A DNA stretch of 64,000 bases from contig CDMY01000299.1 in assembly GCA_001179505.1 (NCBI GenBank), positions 1 through 64,000 of the forward strand, written 5' to 3'. The first letter of the stretch is position 1; every line of letters begins with the position of its first letter. The stretch is from Vitrella brassicaformis CCMP3155 (Eukaryota > Protista > Chromerida). Below are positions 34,669 to 47,700 of this stretch, in pieces. The translations under genes and the position numbers were made by a program. The notes beneath the pieces were generated by a model that saw nothing but the letters and a program-made list of their open reading frames with translations, made no database searches and had not been told where the DNA came from.

Positions 34669-35664
34669 ATGGCGGATACCGACCTTCCCGCTGATCAGAG
34701 TCCGAGCGGTCCTCCCGCTGATCTCATGGTGACGGTGACGTACCAGAAGGAGTCCTTTCGCGTGCCTGTTGACCCCAATGGTGCGTGCGACCAGCTGTTC
34801 CAAATCATGGCAATGGCCCAATGGTGCGTGGTGGGTGTGCTTCATGAGAAGCAGCATGCGGATTTCACCCTCCATGGCATTAAGCCCGCACCCAAGGGCG
34901 TCGCTAACGTCACGGTATCCACCATAAATCCACGTTTCAGGGGGTGTCAGCGGCGTTCGTGTGTGTGTTTGTGTGTGGCTGTGTGTGTGTAGGTGACGTT
35001 CTCAATCGACGGGAGCGCCATCGTCACCGTCTCGGCCGAGGACAGGGGCACGGGCAACCGCGAGAGCGTCAGAATGCCATCTCCCGTCGGCACAGAACCC
35101 GCCGTCCATGTCACAGTCAGCCGAACACACACAGAGATCTGCACACACGGATGGGCATACAAGCAACAAACGAATGGCTCACTGGCTGGCTGTGCGTGCA
35201 GGTGATATGGCAGGCTGAAAAGAAGCAGATCTCTTGGCACATAGCATCACGGTGGGAGAGGGAGGCCCGACACGCACGTCTTAAAATGGCATGGAGGACG
35301 TTTCTCGCGTGTGTGTGTGCGTCTGTGTGTGGCGCTGCGTATGCAGGAGTGAGTGGCTGACGCGAGCATGGCACAAGGATTTTGGCGCGGAGCCAAACAC
35401 ATACAGGTATGAAAGTGACAGGCCACCATGCACTCAGAGACCATTGGCCGTTGACAGGTTCTACTACCGTGGTGAGCCCGTGTATGACGACGACACGGCG
35501 AGCAGCCTCGGCATAGAGGATGGCGACGTCATCGAGGCCACACGGGAAGACCGACCCACAGGTGCGCATGGACAGAAAGATAAACAGATGGATGCATTGC
35601 TCGGACTGCTCTTTTCTCCTCTCGTCTGTTCTTTTTGTTTTTGCCTGCAGTGCATCGCCCTTAG
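34669..35664 (+). CDS. Stand-alone paralog of the HSP70-SBD(C-half) + SUMO-like module, with a UBL-like N-terminal fragment
   Basis: HADFTLHGIKPAPKGVANVT|VTFSIDGSAIVTVSAEDRGTGNRE and PNTYR|FYYRGEPVYDDDTASSLGIEDGDVIEA. Intron positions are the same as in the 24-28 kb gene. Confidence 0.72.
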
Positions 35665-36420
35665 AACTAGTATTGGCGACAAGAAGTGCTGTCCACACAG
35701 ACAGCCAGCCATCGAGCTTTCCAATCGTAGACAGCCGCAGGAGCCTTCCGGCTGGTTGCGCGACACAATCAAGGGGCCCGCAGCCGTTTGTTTATGAGTC
35801 TACTTAGCTGTACAGCCGTTTGTGTCTGCGTGTGTGAGCGTTTTTCTGTCATTTATCGATGAATAGATATTTATCGAGTAGAGTAGTGGCTCGCTGACTT
35901 GACTGTGAAAAGGCAGGCGTCCGGGTGCAGATCATATCTAGGGCGTGTGTGTGTGTGTGTATGTGGTGTATTTGTCGTCTGTCTGTCTGTCTGTCTATTG
36001 CGCACATGTGTGCAGGCGATGGACAGACAGACACGGCCAGTCTGTCCAGAGAGAGAGATTGTTTGTATCCATATATCTGTCACGGTCTTGCACTACACTC
36101 GTGCGCACACTCACGCGCGCACGCACACACACACACACACATACATACGGCATACACCCGACGCTGTTCTTCAAATGCACGACAAACGAACGAGTGGCAG
36201 ACAGACAGCCAGAGAGAGAAGAGCATGTACAACGGTCAGACAAGCACGACACCCGGCCATCGCCTGGCTACTTGAGCGTTGAAAGAATTAGCACTCGCGC
36301 ACTCTGACCCACGCTGACTGACTGATTGACATGCATCCGAACAATTCAACAGCAGCGCCGGTCCAACCAGCGAGATAATTGCATGCATCGGCGGTCGGCG
36401 AGGTTGAAACCCTCGAGATC

Positions 36421-36428
36421 TGCGAGCT
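36421..36428 (+). promoter_or_regulatory. TGCGAGCT candidate promoter element
   Basis: 29 nt before ATG 36458. Confidence 0.6.
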
Positions 36429-36457
36429 TGCAGATCTCAACACCAACTCTCTGCAAT

Positions 36458-37515
36458 ATGGCGCAGAACGGGCTGCATGGCCAGCCAAATGCGTCGCGGC
36501 CCTTCGGCAAGATGCCGACCATCTGCTTCGTCGACATGCCTGGTCTGGTGACGATGGTGGAGCTCTTCCACGGCAAGGACAAGAAGATCTTTCCCTTCTC
36601 ATTCCCCGGCCTGCAAATACTCCAGACCAAAGGCAACATCTGGTGCGAAACGCCAAACACACACAACGGAGTACATTGCTTGGCTCATGTCCGTGTTTGT
36701 TGTGTGTGTTGTGCAGCATGCCTGTGTTGAAGGGCACCACTGGGGCTGCTGATGAGCGTCGCGTGCAGCTGTGCCTCGTGTCATGCGTCAGAGAGGTCAG
36801 CTGATTAAAGATACACAGTTTGTTGTCAGGAGGGAGGTATGCGCTGTGTGCTGCCTCCTGCAGGATTTGGACCAGCTGGTCCGCGAGAAGCCCATGATGC
36901 GAACCAAACTGGAGGAATTCGATGTAACGCACACACACCACACACAACCACCCTCACACCCACCCTTCTCGTGTGTGTCAGTGTGCGACTTTGCCCAAGG
37001 CCGTGGAGAGCTCCCGTATGTTTCAGATGGAGACCATATCTGTGCGGCACAGGCGGCCGGAGGAGGTCCAGCCCGACCTCGTCACACTCACTAAGGACGA
37101 ATTCGACCTGGTGAGTAAACAGAGAGGTCGACGCATGACACACAGGGAGGAGGGCGAGGCCAGGTGTTTGAGTGTGCGGCTTCGATGTGTTTGTGTGTGT
37201 GTGTGTATCATCAGACTCAGAGTGACGCGTATCGGCTGCCGCTGGGCACTGTCACGCTCGTCGATTTCGTCATGCTCCTGTACGTAGCTAACAGAAGACA
37301 TACACGCGAGCATAATCATGATGGGCGTTTGGTGTGTTCGCCTTTTGTGTGTGTGCAGGCTCCAGCGTTATCAGCAGCAGGCCAGCCTGTCGATCACATC
37401 ACACGACTGGTTCGACACACGGGGCAGCGAAAGCCTCTTCTGCCTCCTGCTCACAGGTCACTGCACCCACACACCATCCACAGCTGCTTTCCCGGCCTTA
37501 TTCTCGTGATGCATT

Positions 37516-37553
<38 letters not shown>

Positions 37554-38739
37554 AGGGAGCAGCAAGTTGGCCAGCTTCATGAGCACTCTGTCGCAGAGCC
37601 GCCCGGCAGTGAGGGCCATTGGCTGTCTGTCTGTCGACCGCTTCAACGAGAAGCTCAACAAGATGCATGCTGGCTACCAGGAGGCCATACTCAAATCAGC
37701 AGACAACACACAGGTGGGTGAGCGTCTGCCTGCATCTTCTTGCGATCGCTCGCCATCTCCCTGTGTGTGTGTGTTTGTGTCAGGCGGCCGGTTCGTCCCC
37801 GCCGCTGCTGGACGGGCCTCTCATCAAGACGATTGCGCACGAGGCGCTGGCGTTGCAGAGGAGCCTGGCGTCATCCACCTTAGATGCCCTGGCGTCGCTG
37901 GACTTCCGGCCCTTCGGCACCGACGCACTCCTGAAATTCACCGAGCCAAGGTCAGCCAGCGGCCACACTGCACTAAGACCAGTCATTCAGTGCATTCTTC
38001 TGTGTGTCCCCTCTCTTCCAGCCCCCCCGCAGCGGCAGCAGCCGCCGCTTCAGAGGCGCAGCCAGCCGACCAGCCCTCACCAACGAGCGGTGGGGATGCG
38101 ATGATGCTGAAGACCATCAAGTACCAACTGAGGGGAGGGGAGGCCCACCACACACACGGGCCGTCACCCCCGCAGCAGCCCGAGGAGCCGCCCCCGGCTG
38201 TGCCCCCTGGGTTTGAGGCGTCGGACCGTCCGAGTGGGAAAGAGGCTGAGGCTGAGACTGGGGGTGAGAGTCATAGTGAGGTGGAGAGGGTCGTGGAGGC
38301 CGTCATGGACAAGGGGGGCGGCGAGGCGGCCATCAGGGAGCTTGCCACACACACGTCAGTAAGGATGGGTCGAGAGGGAGCGGGACACCATCACGTGGAT
38401 CGTTCGATCTGTGCGGTGTGGAAGGAAGTATGCACGTGTTCGTGTGCTGATATGGTGAATGCAGGGTGTCTGTGCGTCGGCTGTGGCAGGAGGGGCAGAC
38501 CCGACTGAGTGACGCACGCAAGGCTGTCAACGATGCTGTAGCCAAACTGGTGAGTGGTGCCCGACTGCATACCACGGCGACACACCGTTATCTGTGTGAG
38601 TGTGTTCATGTGGATGCAGAGCGCGTGTGCGACATCCCCTGACCCCAGTACCAGTTCAGTCATTGCAGAAGTGCAGTCCCTGCTAGAGGGCGCCAGCTCG
38701 TCCCTCGCCCTGCCTGAGCTGCCCGAGCCGCCATACTGA
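36458..38739 (+). CDS. Hypothetical protein (~11 exons), no recognised domain
   Basis: Chain of phase-compatible GT-AG exons from MAQNGLHGQ to ..LPELPEPPY*. TGCGAGCT lies 29 nt upstream. Confidence 0.7.
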
Positions 38740-39154
38740 CTGGGGCATTGCTAGGCGCCTGTGTCCTTCGGGTGGGTCGAGAGATGTGGTGGCAGTCTAT
38801 CTGTACAGTCAACCCACAAGATATGTAACAACGAACCACTGATCGGTATTCCTTTTCGTTTTTGCCGCAGTTGTGCCATCCTCGCCTTCTGCCGTGTGCC
38901 GCCACACGTCAGAAGGAGGGCCAGGCCAGCAGCGCTGGCGGAAACGAAAAGGGACATGTGCACTCATATGGGTGCAGAATTACACTGATTGATTGGTTGA
39001 GTCGGGACACGACACGTTCATACTCGAAGCCACCCACGTCTCTTCAAGCCTGTCCATGCATACCCTCCCACATCAAACCATCACCATCACCACACCATCC
39101 ATCCATCCGTCCATCTATCGACACACAACACACACACTGCCCCGTCCCGTCCCA

Positions 39155-41130
39155 TCACGTCTGTTTCCTGGTGCCGGTGATGAGCACCCACTCGTCCTCA
39201 TCTCGCTCCACACGCACATTGTCAAAGTAACGCCGGTACGCATCCACCACCATCGACGCCTGCATGGCATACGGCCACGCAAAACCACATTCTTCCGTCC
39301 ATCATGCCTCTCCTTCCCTCTCTCTGTGTGCCTACTCTGGGCGTGGTGACACCTGAGAGGGCCAGACGTGCGCCGGGAGCCGACATAGCCGCCAACACAC
39401 TGCACAAACACACACAGCAATTAGGTTCTGGGTCGAATACGTCTTTCGCAGGTCCGCTGACCTGGCCAGCCGCACCAGCGGCCTCGCCTGAATGTTGGCC
39501 ACCACAACATGAAACCTCCCTCCACCGATCGCACCCCCTTCCTCTCCTGCCGTCCCTCCCTCTCCCCCTTGCACAAACTGCGCCCGCCACTGCGCCGCCA
39601 TCCGTTCTGTCTCCTCTTCGCTGGCACTGTCATCTTCGCCGCTGCTGGCATCGTCGTCCAGACGGAGGGTGGGATCGAACGGGGGCGGGGGTGAGAATGA
39701 GGTGACGTGTGTGAGGTTGTTAATGTCTGCGTTGCGCCGGGACGACGTGAGGGACGCTGGGTCGATCTCGATCCCGACTGCGTGGGATGCGCCGAAAAGG
39801 ACTGCGGCGAGAGTGAGGACGCCACTGCCACTGAGAGATGAGAGGAGAATGGTTCACAGGAGACGGCATGTGTGTGTGGTCGGTCGCCTGCTCACCTTCC
39901 GTAGTCGAGGACGTTTATTGGCTCTGATGGGGCATCCTCCTTCATCTCACGCAACACCTGACAGCCACTGGAATTCACCCTAAGGGCCAGCAACACTTGT
40001 ATGTGTTCACCCACCTACCTTCTGCATCCACAGGCAGCACAGCCGCGTTGTGGGATGGTCCCCTGTGCCGAATGCAGGACCTCCCTCCAGCACAAGGGTC
40101 TTCACGCCGTCCCCCTCTCCCCGATCTGTGTCACTTTCGTGCCATGGGAACCGTATGGTGAGGTTGCCGATGTGTATGGGGGGCCACTGCACCAAGCACC
40201 ACACACATGAATCCCCATCCACCCCCCCCAGACATGAACGATTCCAGCTGGACTTCGTGTATCGGTCGACTCACCTCCTGCTGGATCTTGCTCATCCAGT
40301 CGATCGAGGCCGAGATGCTCCCCACCTGTAGAATAGCCAACAGAAATCACGCTGCATACACACGTGTGGCGTTGTCTGTATTCCTTGACCTGGTAGGTCG
40401 GTGTCCTCTCCAGCTCGAGAGTGTCTTGGAGGAACTCCATCACCGCCCTGTCGACACACACACACGCACAGGCAGACAGAGCGACACACATGCGAAAGGC
40501 ATGCAGGCAGGTAGGCAGGCATGCAAGCAAGCAGACGGCCGATGGCTCACTTGACGTTGCAGTCTTTGGGAAACATGGCGACCACATCAGACGACTTCCA
40601 ATACCGACCTCGCATCTTCTCCGCGTCAATGTGCCCCCTTTCTTCGTATTCGACGTCAATCGATGAGTCCCCCTCCGGCAGCTGGCCTGCGCCTGGTGGC
40701 TGACTTCCACCTCTCTGCACAGTTACCGAGAGCGCCCCGCTGTCCATGAGAAGCTCCTGAAGCACGAACACACACGCACAGGATATCAGCATCTCATTGC
40801 TCATCCCTCTGTATGGCTGGCTCACCGACATGATGCTTGGGTCCAGCGCAGTGCCCTCCTCACAAAGCAGCCGCACCGTCACCAAATCCCCACCACCTTC
40901 GCCTGAACTCGTCATCAAGTAGGGCCTCGCCACGACACCTGCAGACACATGGGCCGTCCACAAAAGATAGATCACATGCAGCAGACGAATCCATTCTGTG
41001 TTGGCTTACCACGGTGTTTGTGTGTCGAGACTGAGGATGATGGATGTCTGAGCATGAAGGCGTCACATTTGAGCCACGCGGGCTGAAAGAGAGCCCAGAG
41101 GACGACGGGAAGCGCTCCAGAGATCTGCAT
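39155..41130 (-). CDS. prmA: Ribosomal protein L11 methyltransferase with bipartite (signal + Phe-initiated transit) leader
   Basis: ELLMDSGALSVTV, DWMSKIQQEWPPIHIG, AFGTGDHPTTRLC, VLDYGSGSGVL, GIEIDP, FHVVVANI, LALSG. Leader MQISGALPVVLWALFQPAWLKCDA/FML. Confidence 0.92.
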
Positions 41131-41257
41131 CACGCTGCCGAAGTGACTCAAGAAACAAGCGTCGATTCCACAGTCTGACTCATGGATCTAGAAAGATGTA
41201 GCGTCCTGAAGCCTCTGGGTGCCCTTGAAAGCGGTGAGAGGCCCCTCGCCGATCCTT

Positions 41258-41265
41258 TGCGAGCT
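41258..41265 (+). promoter_or_regulatory. TGCGAGCT candidate promoter element
   Basis: 39 nt before ATG 41305. Confidence 0.6.
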
Positions 41266-41304
41266 AAGCAGAAAAAAGAAAGGAAGAGAAGAGAAGCAAA
41301 AGAG

Positions 41305-43012
41305 ATGTCCTTTGCATCAGTGGAGGCAGCAAGATGCGTGCGATTGATCAAACGAGTGATCTCGGTCGTCACGGTGACACTGCTGCTCATTGCGTCGAGA
41401 GCTGCTGCCGGCGACGCTGCGAGGACGGGCGCATTCATCGGAGCACCACGCGCACGGGTGAGGACGCACCAGCAAGATGCAGACATTACCTCTCATGAAT
41501 GTTGCTTGCTGCATCTGCAGATCTTCTTCCCTCTGCTCCACGGGCAACGCCAGCTCCCCGTCACCGGCCATTCAGCCCTCGTGCAGCCCAAGCCTCCTGC
41601 CATTGTCCCCTCCCACCCCAAGACCGAATCGCGCCCTGCAAACGCCACCGTTGCAGCTCCCTTACGGAGAGCTGGCATCAGCACTCATGGCGAGAACCAT
41701 GTTATTCACATCAGCTCCCGCACCCTGCACAAGCATGAGGAGCAGCTGGTCAACCGGCGGCTGCTCAACTGTCGACTGCGCCTCTCGGAGGCGCCCACAG
41801 AGGCCGTCAGGAGGAAGTGGCGGCGGATCAACCGCGGGATCACTTTTTTTGTGCGCCACGGGCGGCACGGCAGCTTCAGGGGCGCCAATGGGGTGCGGAT
41901 TGTCTATCGGGCTTTCCCGCATTACGACAGTGAAGGCGCGTTGCTGCCTGGTGTGGTTGTGGCGACGGGGTGGTCTGAGTGCCATGTCAAGTATGGGGAG
42001 CTCATTCGCGACTTGTATCGGGCTGGCTTCTCGGTCTTCACCTTCGACCATCGGTGCCAGGGGCTGTCAGGCCACGAGCTGGGAGAAGGGCGGCCGTGGA
42101 TCACTCACGTGGAGCGGTTCCACCACTACACCGACGACCTGACCACATTTGTGAATGAGGTCGTCAAGGCTACCCCGACCCACAGGTCCCCTGCAATCGC
42201 CCGCACTCGCCCTGCCCCTCCCCTCTTCTATGTCGCCCACAGCATGGGGGCCTTCATCGGACTGGTGGCTCAGCACAACTCCAAGCAAAGCGATCCCCCC
42301 TCCCCACTCTTTTGTCGCATGGCGCTGTCCGCCCCCATGTTGGCCATGAAGACGCCTGCCGGCCCGAATCGATTCGCCATATGGCTGGCGCGCATTGCCA
42401 TTCTGGCAGGGAGAAAGATACGCTCGCCCCTGGGCGACCATCCAGTGGAGAATCCTGAGTTGGGTGCTCGCATTACTCATGACGATGACAGGAAGAGTGC
42501 GTGGGAGCGGATGAGGGGCATGCTGCCGCGAACCATGATCAGGGGGCCGTCGTTCAACTGGATCAAGGAGGGCATGAAGGCGGGATTCAGATTCAAGAAA
42601 CAGGTGAGAATGCAAAAGGGGCTGTGGATCCTACGGCGTCTGTGTGTGTATGGTCCGCAATTGCTGCAGTGGCGTCGCTTCGACACTCCGACGGTTGTCT
42701 TTCTCGCGGGAATTGATGACTTCGTCTGGAAATCGCCAATGGTACGCACACGCGCCCTCATCTCGCCCCTCTGCATATGTGAGTGTGTGTGTGTGTTGGC
42801 ATGTCTGTCAGCGCAAGTTCTGCTACCGAGCGCACCACACGCAGCTGGTGGAGTTCCCCCACGCCTACCACAACCTGCTCTCAGAGACCGACTCGGTCCG
42901 CACCCCACTGCTGCTCCACGCCGTCAATTTCTTCAGGCAGGCTATCCGACACACCAGCGATGGACATGGACATGGACATGGGCGTGGTCGCCGGACGAAG
43001 ACACGTCAGTGA
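41305..43012 (+). CDS. Alpha/beta hydrolase, lysophospholipase L2 (PldB)/Hydrolase_4-like, with signal plus transit-like leader
   Basis: VVATGWSECHVKY, FTFDHRCQGLSG, AHSMG nucleophile elbow, LSAPML, GIDDFV, EFPHAYHNLLSE. Confidence 0.88.
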
Positions 43013-43679
43013 GGCTGAGTGTGTGTACAAGGTGAGGAGTCCATATGCTTTTTTGCGTCAGTGAGTGTGTTGCGAGCGTGTAGAGGAGCGGTTCGGCGCT
43101 GTGCTGATTGCAGACTGATTTCGGTGGTGTTTATGTGCGTGGTGTAAAGTGTGCACCAAACGACATATGGCTGGGTTGTGTGTGTCTTCCTTGGTTGTCA
43201 TATTACCAAGAGACCGTTTGTTTGTACTGCAAACATGCGACAATGTCTGTTGGTCTGTACATCCCCCCCCCCATGCACACCGACCCATCTAGGTAGATGC
43301 ATCCGATTATAGACACAGCCAAACATGGACACGTGTGCTGACTGGTGAGTGAGGTCTTCCCGTCTGGCCAGCTGCACCCGACGACTTCCCCTGCTGACGG
43401 AGCTGTCAGCAGGAGTGGACGTCAGGCGCATCTGCATGAACGGAAAGCACCCATCCAACACAGCACGTGTGTCGACACCACCACCACCCCCCACCACCCC
43501 AGTCATTATGTACACACAGGTAGATAGATACATCCAAGCCGTTGCGCAGGCAGACCCCCCGCCCGAGAACAATCCTATCTCACACGGACCACCACGACGG
43601 CAAAACGACCGTACACGCCTGCATTCCCTCAGCCAAAGCTGATGGATGAACACCCATGCTCACTTGCTGTCTGACCCGC

Positions 43680-44030
43680 CCGCCATGACACCGTCGGGCC
43701 AGAAACCAACACGGCGACGAGACGGCAACACCACCACCACATCAAGGTACGCACCACTCACTGGATGCACCGTGCAATCACAACTTCCTCTCTCTCCTGT
43801 CCTCGCTCACTCCTCTGGTTGGCTCGTCGTCTCATTGTCCGCAGTGCGGCACGGGTAGGTCATCGTACGGAAGCCCGCACGAAGACCTAGCGTCACCGCA
43901 TGGAATCAAACGAAACGACGACACACCCAGAGAGATGCGGCAAGAGTGAATGTGACAAGCGATGGCATGCAGCGAAGACAACACCCCGTGCAAACGATGA
44001 AAGAAAACTCTCGCTTTGCCGTAGGCTATC
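43680..44030 (+). repeat. Dispersed repeat A, copy 2
   Basis: See 11040-11400. Contains a GT-AG segment at 43747-43844. Confidence 0.85.
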
Positions 44031-44221
44031 TACGAACACACGCATGTGGCACTCACTGTACAACAAAGACAAAGCATATGGGTCAGTCAGGTGAGGTGTA
44101 GTGGGTGCACTGTAAAAGAGGAGATGCACACATACAGACAGACCATTGATGCACTGCCAGCCAGACGACATCCAAGTATGCAGTGGATGGATGGATGGAT
44201 AGATAGATGGGTGTGGCTCGC

Positions 44222-44701
44222 TTATTGGCCACTCCTGGGGTAGGCGAGATCTCGCTGTCCCTCCTTCCACAGGTCCTTCCAGAATACCTTGACGGCCTCT
44301 ATGGTCTCGGCCAAGCTCACGGGAGTGTCGGCATAGCTGCAGGGGATGCGCTGGGCGTGCTCGTACAGGCCATCGACCAGCGCACCCACACGTGTGACGA
44401 CCGCGGCGCTTTCCAAACTGAAACAAGTGCAAGATGGAGGGGTTGTGGTGCATGTGCTGGCAGGCGAGCGTGTCACCGACTTCATGATGACAGTCTTGGT
44501 CTCCTGCAGGAAACTGGCACTGAGCTTCGACGTGCCCTTCAGGTTGTCAATGCGCCTGTGAACATGCAGACACGCACACACCGACACACAGCTCCTGTGG
44601 CTCGCCCTCTGCAGATTCCTTTCCCATCCCTCCTCTTACTCGTACAGCCGCTCCTTGTCGGCCTGAGTCGCCTGCACAGGTGCAGAGCCTGACGCCTGCA
44701 T
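44222..44701 (-). CDS. Small protein with one copy of an unrecognised ~100-aa helical domain (ADKExLY..FWKDLW)
   Basis: MQASGSAPVQATQADKERLY..RIDNLKGTSKLSASFLQETKTVIM..VFWKDLWKEGQRDLAYPRSGQ*; paralogous to 48592-49592. Confidence 0.68.
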
Positions 44702-44793
44702 GGTTGGCGAACTCTTGAACGCCTGATGAGTCGGACCCTGGAATCCGTGAAACAGAAGCTCTCATCTGTAAAACACGGAACCGCCATGCTTCC

Positions 44794-47700
44794 ATGATGT
44801 GGCGGATCCTGCCTGTGACCTTTCTTCTCTTTGCGGCGCTGTGCTGCTGCACCTCTGGCACGTTCTCCCAAGGTCGGCCAGGATCACCCGGACACTATCC
44901 GAACGATGGAACGATGGTGTTTTTCTACCTGTTGGCAGGTCTTGTCAATCCAGCCAATGCCAGTCTCTCGACTCCCCTCGTAAAGGCCGCTTTCCAGGTA
45001 CGACTTGCCCGTCTGTTCCAGCCCGCGCACTTCGAATTCCGTTCTCTCATTCCTGTCCTTCCTCCTCGCTCCTTCTGCAGGGTGAGGTGTGGCCGTTTCT
45101 CTTCCGATTGGCTTCCTTCAGCACCAATCTCAGCGATACCCAGCTGCAAGCCGCCCTCTTTGCTGCCATTCATGGCCAAGATCCCATGTCGACAGTGCCC
45201 CTGCTGCTGCCACACGTGGCCAACCTCGATGCGCGTGATGAGGAGGGCAATTCCGTGCTCCACCATGCCGTCAACGCCAGCAATCCTAGGCTGACCGAGC
45301 TGCTGCTGCAAGCAACCCCCGCCAGGAAGGGCGGCAAGCGAGTCGACATCAACGGCCGTAACCACATGAATGCCAACGCGCTGCACATGGCGTTGTCGGG
45401 CTGCAATGATGCCATTGGCAGTTCCTGTCTGGATAAGATCCAAACGCTCATCGACCACGGTTGGCCACTGCAAAGCCCCTCCAGGACGACACAGGTGTGG
45501 CATCTATCTTTGCCTTGTGCTTGTGTGTGTCAGGAATCGATATTGAGGCCACAGGCCCCGACTTTGGGATGCAGATGCTTCATCCACCACTTCCTTTCGG
45601 AACTCGCTTCAGACATTCCGTCATTGACGGCCGCCTTCGTGTGTCCAATGTCACTGCGCTCTCACAGGCCGCCATGCCGGTGGTGAGACAGATGAAGAGT
45701 CCGACGGTATAAGAGACACTTGCATGTTGTCCTGATGGTCAGCCTTGTGTCCCTTGTTTCGAGCGGCTGCTGCACAACGGAGCGGATGTTCATTCGCGCT
45801 CCAGCCTCGGCACCCCAGTTGTGCTGGCGGCCACCTTCGACTGCCGGGCAGCCAAGCCATTCTGGCCTTGCCGTAACTGCACACGGGGGCAGGCAGAGAT
45901 TGTTAAGATGGCCTTACGACGGGGGGCCGACGTCAATGCTGCTGGCGAATACGGTACAGCCCTCCACTGGGCGGCATACAAGTGAGTGATGACGAAAGAG
46001 ATCAAGGCACACACAAAGACTGGCGGTCATTTACTCTGTCAGCGGTTGTGTCCGGGTGGCAAAGACGCTTCTCACGAATGGCGCAAATCCCACTCTTCCA
46101 ATTTCTGGCTCCGACAACACCAAGCCGCTCGACATTGCCATTGAAGCCGTGAGAGCGCCGCACCCACTGCACGCAGATCGATGGCACCCTCACGTGAGTG
46201 GTGTGTGGACGGACAGGGTCACAAGAAGCTGGAGGCGCTGCTGACGGCAGCGGAGACAGCACACATCGACACAATGAAAAGCCAAGTCTATGACCTTCTG
46301 CTCTCGCTGGCGGTCGCGGTGTTCTGTGCGGTCGGCGTGTGGCAGTGGATTCTCAGAGACACCCGATTGTTTCACCAATGCCGTCGTCGAGCCTCAGCAC
46401 TCCTTGGACTCATCCTGCGGCTGCTTTGCCAGGGGCTCGGTGTTGTCATCGGAGCCATCTGGAGCGCATTCTTTCTGGCCGGCACAGCCATCACGTCGCT
46501 GTGTCTCTGGGCTGGCTCCGTCATATCGTCACTGACCACACGGGCAGCGCAGCCTCGCCATGTCGATACCGACCTCGCCCAACAGCAACAAGGTCAGCAA
46601 GAGGGCAGGAGCAATGCAGTAGCCCATGCGCTTCGTTCTCTGTCAGATTCTGCCAGTGCCCACGGCAAACGTGCCAAGAAGAGACACCATCGAAGGTCGG
46701 TATCAACGAGGGCGGCGGGTGGCGGTGAAGGTGTCGCACATGGACAAGGGGCAGAGGGGCACGACAATCCAGTGTAAGCAGCACACGGGCATGCAGGCAG
46801 CCAGACGATGGATGGATGGATGGATCCTTCAGATCTGTGTGTATGGGTGGTGGCGATGGGGGAGTCGGCGTGGCTACCACAGGAGACGACGGCATCTCTG
46901 AGCACGAGTGAGTGATTGAGTGAGCAGAGACATGAACGAAGCAGCAGCGAGTGCCTTGTGCGTGCAGGTACGTCAACTTGCTACAGCAGTACCAGGCCAT
47001 GGCGGCTGAGCGAGAGGCGGCCCTCCAGGACGCCCTCAACAAGGAGCGACAGAGGTACCCATGTCCCATCCATGCCGCCATTGCTGTGTCTGCATTTGCC
47101 GGGTCAGTGCCGAGACGAAAGGCAGGAAGATGGGCGCCGCTCTCGAGCGGCTCAAGGCGGAAAATGAGAACCTAAAGCACATGTAGGGACACACAATCAA
47201 CGACACGCGCGTGAGCTGTCTGTCCATGTGTGTGTGTCTCCCACATGTGTGTGTGCAGGTTGTTGAGTGAGCAGACGACCATCGCAGCACTGAAGGAGAC
47301 GAAGAACAAGTCAGTCAGAGTGGGAGGGAGACACGTTTCCATCCATATCCATGTGATCTGCCTGTCAGCCTCGAAATCGACAAGGAGCGTGCCGCGATGA
47401 CCGTTGAGGACCTAACGGAGAAACTAAGCAAGTCAGAACAGTCATTCATCATGCTACAGCAACAAACGTGCCGCAGGTCATATTGTGGCTTGTCTTGTCG
47501 CATCAGGTGTGAGGACAGCCTGGCCAATCTGCAGCACGAGAAGCACGAGACCACCAAAAGAATGCAACGGTCGTGAGCTACACGTACAGCGGAGAAGCTA
47601 GAGCCACTGTCGGGTCGGATAAGCCGTATCTTTTTGCGCAGGTTGGAGAAGGAACAGAACGGCACTAACACCGGGTTCGTCAATGCGTCGGCCATCAGGT

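Noticed and set aside
4261-36390. TGCATGCA (apicomplexan AP2 motif) copies
   Set aside because: The copies I saw lie mostly in introns or acceptor tracts and fit the general TG/CA-rich composition.
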